Source: an uncultured Oscillospiraceae bacterium
Lineage (GTDB): Bacteria > Bacillota > Clostridia > Oscillospirales > Oscillospiraceae
NCBI GenBank assembly: GCA_964432375.1
Contig: CAYSNK010000002.1
Location: 1 to 29,469 of the forward strand
Length of the DNA stretch: 29,469 nt
Direction of reading: 5' to 3'
Under the pieces are notes generated by a model. The model was given only the letters and a program-made list of their open reading frames with translations, had not been told where the DNA came from and ran no database searches. Positions 1 through 6,917 of this stretch are shown here, piece by piece. Position 1 is the stretch's first letter. Each line of letters opens with the position of its first letter. The position numbers and the translations under genes are program-made.

Positions 1-11
1 ACTTTTCCCCG

Positions 12-44
12 CCGCCGCCGATCACCGGCGGCGGTTTTCTTTTT
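12..44 (+). terminator. Rho-independent terminator of the transcript upstream of the window
   Basis: Perfect 9-bp stem CCGCCGCCG(12-20)/CGGCGGCGG(26-34), loop ATCAC, then TTTTCTTTTT (35-44). Confidence 0.85.
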
Positions 45-53
45 GCGGCCCGG

Positions 54-82
54 TTGCTATTTTGTCAGATCCATGATAGAAT
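54..82 (+). promoter_or_regulatory. Sigma-A promoter of rarA
   Basis: TTGCTA (54-59), 17-nt spacer, extended -10 TG-a-TAGAAT (74-82). Confidence 0.75.
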
Positions 83-87
83 ACCAT

Positions 88-101
88 CAAACAAACGTTC
101 T
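88..101. promoter_or_regulatory. Putative LexA (Cheo/SOS) box overlapping the predicted rarA start site
   Basis: CAAAC-AAAC-GTTCT versus Gram-positive consensus CGAAC-RNRY-GTTCG: one mismatch in the GAAC-N4-GTTC core, RNRY spacer satisfied. Confidence 0.45.
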
Positions 102-122
102 TTTGCGAAGGAGCTGAGGGAT

Positions 123-1394
123 ATGCCAAGCCGTCCGCTGGCGGACGAAATCCGCCCTGACAGTCTGGATGATGTGGTGGGCCAGGCCCATATTCTCGGG
201 AAGGATAAGCTGCTGCGCCGCGTGATCGAGAGCGGGTCCATCCCCAATATGATCTTCTACGGCCCCTCCGGGACGGGAAAGACCACCGTGGCCAACATCA
301 TCGCCCGGCGCACCAACCGGGCCCTGCACCGGCTCAACGCCACCACCGCCAGCCTTTCCGACCTGCGGGAGGTAATGGCGGAGGTAGACACTCTGATGGC
401 TCCCAACGGTGTGCTGCTCTATCTGGATGAGATCCAGTATTTCAACAAAAAGCAGCAGCAGTCCCTGCTGGAATTTATGGAGAGCGGCAAGATCACCCTG
501 ATCGCCTCCACCACGGAGAATCCCTATTTCTATGTATACAACGCTGTGCTGTCCCGCTCCACGGTGTTTGAGTTCAAGCCGGTGTCCGCCGGGGAGGTAA
601 AGCCGGCGCTGCTCCGGGCATTCCATATTCTGGAGGAGCGGAAAAGGTGCGCCATCCGCCTGGAGGACGGCGTGCTGGACTGCCTGGCCCACGCCTGCGG
701 CGGCGATGTGCGGAAAGGGCTGAACGCGGTGGAGCTGCTGGTGGGCAGCGCTCCCGTCCTGGGAAATGAAATCAGCCTGACGCTGGAAAACGCCGAGGCT
801 GCGGCGCAGCACTCCGCCCTGCGCTATGACCGGGAGGACGACAGCCACTACGATATCCTCTCCGCGTTCCAGAAGTCCATCCGGGGCTCCGACCCCGATG
901 GAGCTCTCCACTACCTGGCCCGGCTGCTGGCGGCGGGAGACATGATCTCCGCCTGCCGGAGGCTGATGGTCACGGCGGCGGAGGATGTGGGCCTGGCCTA
1001 TCCCCAGGCCATGGTGATCGTCAAGTCCTGTGTGGACGCGGCCAACCAACTGGGCCTGCCGGAGGCCCGGATTCCCCTGGCCGAGGCGGTCTGCCTGCTG
1101 GCGACGGCCCCCAAGTCCAACTCCGCCATCAACGGCATCGACGCTGCCCTGGCGGACGTGAACCGGGGCAAAAGCGGGGAGATTCCCGCCCACCTGCGGG
1201 ACAGCCACTATTCCGGCGCCGCCAAGCTGGGCCGGGGGCTGACCTATCAGTACCCCCATGAATTTCCCGATCACTGGGTCCCCCAGCAATACCTGCCGGA
1301 TGAGCTGGCGGACCGGCATTATTACGAATACGGGGAGAATAAGACCGAGCAGGCGGCCAAAGCCTATTGGGAGCGGGTTAAACAGGGCCGTTGA
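123..1394 (+). CDS. rarA: Replication-associated recombination protein A (RarA/MgsA AAA+ ATPase)
   Basis: PLADEIRPDSLDDVVGQAH, Walker A GPSGTGKT, Walker B LYLDEIQ, ASTTENP, SAFQKSIRGSDPD, YQYPH. Start moved from 54 (that TTG is the -35 box) to ATG 123 downstream of AAGGAG. Confidence 0.95.
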   Translation: MPSRPLADEIRPDSLDDVVGQAHILGKDKLLRRVIESGSIPNMIFYGPSGTGKTTVANIIARRTNRALHRLNATTASLSDLREVMAEVDTLMAPNGVLLYLDEIQYFNKKQQQSLLEFMESGKITLIASTTENPYFYVYNAVLSRSTVFEFKPVSAGEVKPALLRAFHILEERKRCAIRLEDGVLDCLAHACGGDVRKGLNAVELLVGSAPVLGNEISLTLENAEAAAQHSALRYDREDDSHYDILSAFQKSIRGSDPDGALHYLARLLAAGDMISACRRLMVTAAEDVGLAYPQAMVIVKSCVDAANQLGLPEARIPLAEAVCLLATAPKSNSAINGIDAALADVNRGKSGEIPAHLRDSHYSGAAKLGRGLTYQYPHEFPDHWVPQQYLPDELADRHYYEYGENKTEQAAKAYWERVKQGR

Positions 1395-2325
1395 CCCGGC
1401 TGGCGTCCCACAGGGCCAGATCCGGCCGGGGGCTGTCTGCCGGGGCGTACTGCCAGCGGGGGAGGCAGCCGGAGGTCAGATAGTATTCCAGCGGGGCCGG
1501 GGGAGGCGCTTCCTGGAGCCTGCTGATGACGGACAGCTTGAGCTTCATCCGCCGGGGCAGGATGGATTTGATGCAGACCGCCACCCAGTCCCCCTGGCGC
1601 AGCCCCCGGTGCTGCTCGGCGAGGCCGGACAGGTTGGGGGCCAGCTCCACAAAGGCCCCGTACTCCTGGATGCTGCGGACAATGCCGGGGACGGTTTCCC
1701 CGGGCCGGAAGCGGGCGGCGTTTTCCTCCCAGGTGCCCAGCAGCTCCCGGTGGGACAGAGTGACCCGCCCCTGCTCCGGAGAAAGCCCGGTGATCAGCGC
1801 GAAGATTTCCTGCCCCACCCGGAAGCGGGCGGAGGGGTGAGGGATTCGGGAAACGGAGATCTGCTCGATGCCGATCATGGAGGGCAGGCCGCAGCCCACG
1901 TCCACAAAGGCGCCGAAGGGCTCCAGATGGGTGACGGTGGCGGGGATGATCTCGCCGGGGCGCCGGCGGAGCAGGGCGGCCAGGGCGTCCTCCTGGGCGG
2001 CCCTCCGGCTGAGCCGGGGGAGGATGGTTCCGTTCCGGCCCTCCAGACCTTCGATATAAAAGCAGACCGGGCGGCCCACCCGGGTCATAATGGCGATATC
2101 CCGGGTGGAGCCGTCGGAAATGCCAAGGGCGGTTTCCTCCCGGGGGATTTCTGCCTCCCAGGGGCCAAGGGAGACCCAGAGGTTGTGCTCCCGGTCGCAG
2201 CGCCGGGCAAGGGCCTCCACCGGCGTGCGGCGTTCCCAGGCGGAATAGACCCCCTCCGCCGTTTGGAGCAGGCGCTGGTTTTCTTCCGTTCGATACAGCC
2301 GGCCCTCCGGCAGGAACTCTTTCAT
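1378..2325 (-). CDS. S1 RNA-binding domain protein (ribosomal protein S1-like paralogue; about two clear plus one degenerate S1 repeats)
   Basis: S1 motifs GEIIPATVTHLEPFGAFVDVG, SVSRIPHPSARFRVGQEI and GETVPGIVRSIQEYGAFVELAPNLSGL. Strong RBS GAAAGGAGGA 5 nt before the ATG on the minus strand. Confidence 0.85.
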   Translation of the reverse strand: MKEFLPEGRLYRTEENQRLLQTAEGVYSAWERRTPVEALARRCDREHNLWVSLGPWEAEIPREETALGISDGSTRDIAIMTRVGRPVCFYIEGLEGRNGTILPRLSRRAAQEDALAALLRRRPGEIIPATVTHLEPFGAFVDVGCGLPSMIGIEQISVSRIPHPSARFRVGQEIFALITGLSPEQGRVTLSHRELLGTWEENAARFRPGETVPGIVRSIQEYGAFVELAPNLSGLAEQHRGLRQGDWVAVCIKSILPRRMKLKLSVISRLQEAPPPAPLEYYLTSGCLPRWQYAPADSPRPDLALWDASRVNGPV

Positions 2326-2352
2326 ATTGCTCCTCCTTTCGCAGATATTGCT

Positions 2353-2381
2353 ACTCTATGCGCGGGGGAGGGAAAGCTGAA
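2353..2381 (-). promoter_or_regulatory. Possible SigE/SigK-type promoter of the S1-domain gene
   Basis: Minus-strand CATAGAGT (2360-2353) fits CATAnAnT and lies about 12 nt upstream of the RBS. The -35 region (TCAGCTT) is only a weak match. Confidence 0.35.
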
Positions 2382-2439
2382 CCCGCCGGAGAAGGGCAGC
2401 CAAAATTTTTCGGAGGGCGTTTTATCTCCGGCATAGCCC

Positions 2440-2468
2440 TTGTGCTTCCCATTTGAATCTGATATAAT
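2440..2468 (+). promoter_or_regulatory. Sigma-A promoter of the site-2 protease/scpA/scpB operon
   Basis: TTGTGC (2440-2445), 17-nt spacer, extended -10 TG-a-TATAAT (2460-2468). Confidence 0.8.
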
Positions 2469-2480
2469 AAATTGAACTAT

Positions 2481-2575
2481 GGGATCTCTGAACCAATGCG
2501 TCACCGGTGCCTGGCGCCCTTTTCTGACGAAGAATCTCTCGCGAAGCGCTTTCGCCGGTTGATTCGGAGTTTCCC
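2481..2575 (+). ncRNA. Candidate structured 5' leader RNA (three-way junction), family unassigned
   Basis: P1 GGGAUCUCUGAACCAA(2481-2496)/UUGAUUCGGAGUUUCCC(2559-2575); P2 CGUCA(2499-2503)/UGACG(2525-2529) with inner GGUG/CGCC; P3 GCGAAG/UUUCGC(2541-2555). Lies between a clear promoter and the CDS. Pairing by eye only. Confidence 0.4.
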
Positions 2576-2615
2576 GATCTCCCCAGGAAAGCCGGTGGCC
2601 GCGTTGAGCTCTGTG

Positions 2616-3296
2616 ATGACATTCCTTCAAAATTTAAACCTGCAAAGCCTGATTTCCCTGGCCATCAGCGTTGTCTCCGCCCTGCTGTGCATCACCTTCC
2701 ATGAGATGAGCCACGGCTTTGCGGCCCTGAAACTGGGAGATCCCACGGCAAAGGCCCGGGGCCGGCTTTCCCTGAACCCGCTGAAGCATATCGACCCGGT
2801 GGGCCTGGTGATGATGATCGTGGCCGGAGTGGGCTGGGCGAAGCCGGTGCCCATTGACTCCCGCTATTTTAAACACCCCAAGCGGGACATCGCCATTACC
2901 GCCCTGGCGGGGCCGGTCAGCAACTTTGTCCTCAGCTGGGGGGCCCTGCTCCTGGCCTCCGGCGTCTATTTTATCTGGTATCTCAACACGGGCGGCATGG
3001 CGTCCGCCTACGCGCTCATCTTCCTCATCCGCGTGGCGGTGCTCAGCGCGGGTTTGGGGATTTTCAACCTGATCCCCATTTCTCCGCTGGACGGCTCGAA
3101 GGTGCTGTTCTCCCTGCTGCCCCAGAGGATCTACTTTCAAATTCTGAAATATGAGCGTTACGGCATGATCCTGATGGTGGTTCTGGTGTTCTTCGGCGTG
3201 TTTGACCGGCCGCTGTCCTTCCTGATTCGCGGACTGCTGAAGGGGCTGTGCGGAATTTCCGGGTTCCCATACCAGCTTTTGCTCTATATCATGTGA
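2616..3296 (+). CDS. Site-2 protease family (peptidase M50) membrane metalloprotease
   Basis: HEMSH zinc motif, GDPTAKARGRLSLNPLKHIDP, GWAKPVP, ALAGPVSN, FNLIPISPLDG. Start placed at ATG 2616 (GTG 2613 possible); the ORF-track extension from 2472 is leader. Confidence 0.9.
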   Translation: MTFLQNLNLQSLISLAISVVSALLCITFHEMSHGFAALKLGDPTAKARGRLSLNPLKHIDPVGLVMMIVAGVGWAKPVPIDSRYFKHPKRDIAITALAGPVSNFVLSWGALLLASGVYFIWYLNTGGMASAYALIFLIRVAVLSAGLGIFNLIPISPLDGSKVLFSLLPQRIYFQILKYERYGMILMVVLVFFGVFDRPLSFLIRGLLKGLCGISGFPYQLLLYIM

Positions 3297-3309
3297 CGGA
3301 GGTGTGAGC

Positions 3310-4107
3310 TTGGAGACGCCCGTATACCATTTGGAGCACGTTGTCAAAGCAAAAGAGAACCGGGAGGATTTTAACGGCCCCCTGGATCTGATCCTCCACC
3401 TGCTCAGCAAAAATAAAATGGAGATCGCCGACATCCAGATCGCGCTGATCCTGGAGCAGTATCTGGACTGGATGGAGCGGCGAAAGAAACTGGATCTGGA
3501 GGTGGCCAGCGAGTTTGTGGCCATGGCCTCCCAGCTCATCTTTATCAAGACCCGTATGCTGCTGAATATCCACGATGAGGAGGCGGCCAGCGAGCTGGAG
3601 CAGCTCCAGCAGGTTTTGACGGAGCACCAGCGCCACGAAAATTACCTGAAAATAAAGGCGGTCAGCGAAACCCTGCGAAGCCGCTATCTGGTGGGCCGGG
3701 ACTATATGGACAAGCAGCCGGAGCCCCTGCCCCAGCAGAAGGAGTACCGCTATGTGCATCAGCCGGAGGATCTGCTGAAGGGCATCAAAAGCGCCATGGC
3801 CAGAGGGGACTCCAAGGCGCCGCCGCAGTTCCGGAGCTTTGTGGGCATCGTGGGCCGGGAGCCTTACCCCGTGGCCGGAAAGGCCAGGGAGGTGATCCGG
3901 CGGCTGGTGGCCTCCGGCGTGACCCGGTTTCGCGCCCTGTTCCGGGGCAGCAGGAGCCGGTCGGAGATCGTTGCCACCTTTCTGGCGGTCCTGGAGCTCT
4001 GTAAAAACAGAAAAATCCATTTGGCGGGGACGGACAGCGAGTGTACCGTCACCTGCACGGACGGGGACAGCCGGGGGGAGCTGGCGCTGTCGGAGGACTA
4101 TCAGTGA
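3310..4107 (+). CDS. scpA: Segregation and condensation protein A (kleisin)
   Basis: FNGPLDLILHLLSKNKMEI, EFVAMASQLIFIKTRMLL, EIVATFLAVLELCK. GGAGG 3298-3302 favours TTG 3310 over GTG 3304. Confidence 0.92.
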   Translation: METPVYHLEHVVKAKENREDFNGPLDLILHLLSKNKMEIADIQIALILEQYLDWMERRKKLDLEVASEFVAMASQLIFIKTRMLLNIHDEEAASELEQLQQVLTEHQRHENYLKIKAVSETLRSRYLVGRDYMDKQPEPLPQQKEYRYVHQPEDLLKGIKSAMARGDSKAPPQFRSFVGIVGREPYPVAGKAREVIRRLVASGVTRFRALFRGSRSRSEIVATFLAVLELCKNRKIHLAGTDSECTVTCTDGDSRGELALSEDYQ

Positions 4108-4125
4108 GAGAGAGGGTGACCGGAT

Positions 4126-4692
4126 ATGGAAGAACGGGACATAGAATCTGCCATCGAGGGCATCCTATTTGCGGCGGGGGAACCGGTGAAGCAGGAGCGG
4201 ATCGCCCTGGCCCTGGGGATTGAACCGGAGACCTGCCGGGAGGCGCTGGAACGGCTGTCTGACCGATATAGCTATGAGCGCCGGGGGATTCGGATCGTCC
4301 GGCTGGAGGATAGCTGGCAGATGTGCTCGGCCCCGGAGCAGGCGGAGGTGATCCGCCGGGCTTTGGAGCGGAGGAAGCCGCCCCAGCTTTCCCCCCCGGC
4401 GCTGGAAGCCCTGTCTGTGGTGGCCTATTACCAGCCCACCACCCGCACCTATGTGGATCAGATCCGGGGAGTTGACAGCTCCTATACCATGGGACTGCTC
4501 CAGGAGCGGGGGCTGATCGAGGAGTGCGGCCGCCTGGACGCTCCGGGCCGGCCCATCCTGTACCGGACCACGCCGCTGTTTCTGCGCTCCTTCGGCCTGA
4601 AATCCCTGGATGATTTGCCGGAGCTGCCGGACAGCGCGGGGGAGGAAGGCCCGGAGAAAAAGCCGGAGCCCATGACGGAGGGAGAGGGATAA
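4126..4692 (+). CDS. scpB: SMC-Scp complex subunit ScpB
   Basis: IEGILFAAGEPV, LSPPALEALSVVAYYQPTTR, GRPILYRTTPLFLRSFGLKSLDDLP; follows scpA. Confidence 0.95.
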   Translation: MEERDIESAIEGILFAAGEPVKQERIALALGIEPETCREALERLSDRYSYERRGIRIVRLEDSWQMCSAPEQAEVIRRALERRKPPQLSPPALEALSVVAYYQPTTRTYVDQIRGVDSSYTMGLLQERGLIEECGRLDAPGRPILYRTTPLFLRSFGLKSLDDLPELPDSAGEEGPEKKPEPMTEGEG

Positions 4693-4693
4693 C

Positions 4694-5398
4694 GTGAAAG
4701 CGGTTATCATTCTGCTGGCCATTTTCCTCCTCCTCTTCCTCATCGGGCAGATTCGGGTGGGAGGCCGGGTGGAGTATTCCCAGGAGGGGCTGAAAGCCTG
4801 GCTCCGAATCCACGGTTTGCCGGTCTTGCTATACCCCAGGCCAAAAAAGGCGAGAGGGCCGGAGGACGAGGCCAAAGCGGAAAAGAAGAGGCGGCGCAGG
4901 GAAGAAAAAGCCGCCAGAAAGAGGGCAAAAAAAGCCAAAAAAGGGGAAGCTGAGCCGGAAACCCGGGAGCAGCCCCGGAAGAAGGGCGGCGGCGTGCAGC
5001 TGGTGCTCCGGCTGCTGCCTGTGGGCGTGGAGGCGTTGGGGGCGCTGAAAAAGCGAATCCGCATTGACCGGCTGACCCTTCACTATACAGCGGGGGGCGA
5101 CGACGCGGCAAAGACGGCCTTGACCTATGGCAGGCTCTCCGGCGCGGCGGGGATGATCGTGGCCCTGCTGGACAACAGCTTTCAGGTAAAGCAGCAGGAG
5201 ATCACCATGGATGTGGACTTCCTGGCGGAAAAGGCCACGGTCTATCTGGACGTTGGCCTTTCCATAAAAATCGGGCAGATTCTGTACCTGGGTTTGCGCT
5301 ATGGCGCTGCCAGCCTGAAGGTATTTATGAAGCATAGAAAAGGGCAGAAAGCTCTGCAAGCGCCCAATCAAACCGAAGAAAACCATGAAAATAAATAA
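4694..5398 (+). CDS. DUF2953 domain protein (YtfI-like)
   Basis: N-terminal hydrophobic anchor, basic linker, C-terminal DDAAKTALTYG...VDF...VGLSIKIGQIL signature; sits directly before ytfJ. GTG start after GGAGAGG. Confidence 0.75.
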   Translation: MKAVIILLAIFLLLFLIGQIRVGGRVEYSQEGLKAWLRIHGLPVLLYPRPKKARGPEDEAKAEKKRRRREEKAARKRAKKAKKGEAEPETREQPRKKGGGVQLVLRLLPVGVEALGALKKRIRIDRLTLHYTAGGDDAAKTALTYGRLSGAAGMIVALLDNSFQVKQQEITMDVDFLAEKATVYLDVGLSIKIGQILYLGLRYGAASLKVFMKHRKGQKALQAPNQTEENHENK

Positions 5399-5412
5399 AG
5401 GCGGTGTTCAAT

Positions 5413-5820
5413 ATGGAAGAAAAGCATCCTATCGGTGACTTAATGGAGGTTACCATGTCCAAAATCCGGGAAATGGTGGACGTCAACACGATTGTCGGCA
5501 CGCCCATCCAGGCGGGCGATGTGACCATCATCCCGGTGTCCAAGGTCAGCTTCGGCTTTGCCTCCGGCGGCTCTGACTTTGCGACGAAGAATCAGCCCGC
5601 AGGCAAGGACAACGCCTTTGGCGGCGGCAGCGGCGCGGGGGTAAACATTGTGCCCATCGGATTCCTGATCGTGCGCGGCGACAGCGTGAAAATGCTGCCC
5701 ATCGCGGTGCCTGCGGCCACCACTGCGGACCGCGTCCTTGAAATGGTGCCGGACATCGTGGAAAAGATTGCCGAGATGGTGCCCAAAAAGGAAAAAAAGG
5801 AAGAGGCCGAGACGGAATAA
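5413..5820 (+). CDS. ytfJ: GerW/YtfJ family sporulation protein
   Basis: MSKIREMVDVNTIVGTPI, IIPVSKVSFGFASGGSD, FGGGSGAGV. ATG 5413 preferred to GTG 5404. Confidence 0.92.
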   Translation: MEEKHPIGDLMEVTMSKIREMVDVNTIVGTPIQAGDVTIIPVSKVSFGFASGGSDFATKNQPAGKDNAFGGGSGAGVNIVPIGFLIVRGDSVKMLPIAVPAATTADRVLEMVPDIVEKIAEMVPKKEKKEEAETE

Positions 5821-5844
5821 CCCGGGAAAAAGCCCGCATACTAG
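5815..5844 (+). promoter_or_regulatory. Possible SigE-type promoter of dacB
   Basis: GAATAAC (5815-5821), 15 nt, CATACTAG (5837-5844) resembles the B. subtilis SigE consensus (ATA...CATACAnT); final T is missing. dacB is SigE-dependent in B. subtilis. Confidence 0.4.
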
Positions 5845-5872
5845 GAGCATCTCAAAAGAGGAGGTGCTCCTG

Positions 5873-6904
5873 TTGCGCGCAAAAGGGATTTTGCTGTCCG
5901 CAGTGCTGGCCCTGGGGCTGTGCTGCCAGAGCGCCCGGGGCCTGGAGCCCTCCGCCGGGGCCTGGGCGCTGGCGGACGGGGACAGCGGGCGGATTCTGCT
6001 GGGCAGCCATGTGGAGGAGCGGCGGCTGATCGCCAGCACCACCAAGCTGATGACGGCGTATACGGCGGTTCAGCTGGGGGTGGATCTCGATCAGACTGTG
6101 ACGGTTTCCGACGAGGCCGCCGCCACAGAGGGCTCCTCCATGTATCTGCGGCCGGGGGAAAAGCTGACCCTGGGAGAGCTCCTGTGGGGGATGCTTCTGG
6201 TGTCCGGAAACGACGCGGCCAACGCCCTGGCGGAGGGCTGCTGCGGGGAGCGGGAGGCTTTTGTGGAGCGGATGAACGAGTGCGCGGCGGCCCTGGGCAT
6301 GGAACACACCCACTTTGACAACCCCACCGGGCTGGACGGAGAAACCCATTACTCCACAGCGGAGGATCTGGTGAAGCTGGCTGCGGCGGTGCTCCGGGAG
6401 CCGGTTTTGGCGGAGATCGTCTCCACCGGAACCGCCACGGTTGGGGGGCGGAGCCTGACCAACCACAATAAGCTGCTGGCCCTGTACCCGGACTGCACCG
6501 GAATGAAAACCGGCTACACGGAGGCGGCGGGGCGGACGCTGGTCTCCAGCGCCAAGCGGGATGGGAGAACCCTGATCTGCGTCACCCTCAACGACCCCAA
6601 CGACTGGGATGACCATATCGCCCTGTATGAGCTGGGCTTTGCGGACTACCATCTGGAGACGGTGTGCAGCGCAGGAGAGGCGCTGGAGGAATACGCGCTG
6701 CCGGAGAGGTTCCTGCGGGCCGAAGCCTGCGCCGAGCGGACGGTTCGGGTGCTCTGCGGCCAGGGGGAGACCATCACCCGCACCGTCATCCTGGAAGAAG
6801 GGGCGGGGAGCCTGCTGCGGAACGGCAGCAGGATCGGCACCGTCCGCTATTATATTGACGGCGTGCAGGTGGGGGAAACCGGCCTGCTGGCAAGAATCAA
6901 CTGA
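5873..6904 (+). CDS. dacB: D-alanyl-D-alanine carboxypeptidase (peptidase S11, DacB/DacF-like), secreted
   Basis: Signal peptide, SxxK (ASTTKLMT), SxN (VSGNDAA), HFDNPTGLD, KTG (GMKTGYTEAAG). TTG 5873 after GAGGAGG. Confidence 0.85.
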   Translation: MRAKGILLSAVLALGLCCQSARGLEPSAGAWALADGDSGRILLGSHVEERRLIASTTKLMTAYTAVQLGVDLDQTVTVSDEAAATEGSSMYLRPGEKLTLGELLWGMLLVSGNDAANALAEGCCGEREAFVERMNECAAALGMEHTHFDNPTGLDGETHYSTAEDLVKLAAAVLREPVLAEIVSTGTATVGGRSLTNHNKLLALYPDCTGMKTGYTEAAGRTLVSSAKRDGRTLICVTLNDPNDWDDHIALYELGFADYHLETVCSAGEALEEYALPERFLRAEACAERTVRVLCGQGETITRTVILEEGAGSLLRNGSRIGTVRYYIDGVQVGETGLLARIN

Positions 6905-6917
6905 GAGGAGAACCGGA

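Noticed and set aside
2497-2560. Superficial likeness of the leader to a THF riboswitch (UGCGU...ACGAA...hairpin...CGGU)
   Set aside because: Lacks the UAAGUG and GGGAG/U pseudoknot-loop elements, and the downstream genes are not folate-related.
2594-2603. T-box-like word GGTGGCCGCG in the protease leader (trpS lies between site-2 protease and scpA in some bacteria, from memory)
   Set aside because: Two nt short of the UGGNACC bulge. No antiterminator/terminator pair, no Stem I motifs, and no synthetase gene downstream. At most a relic.
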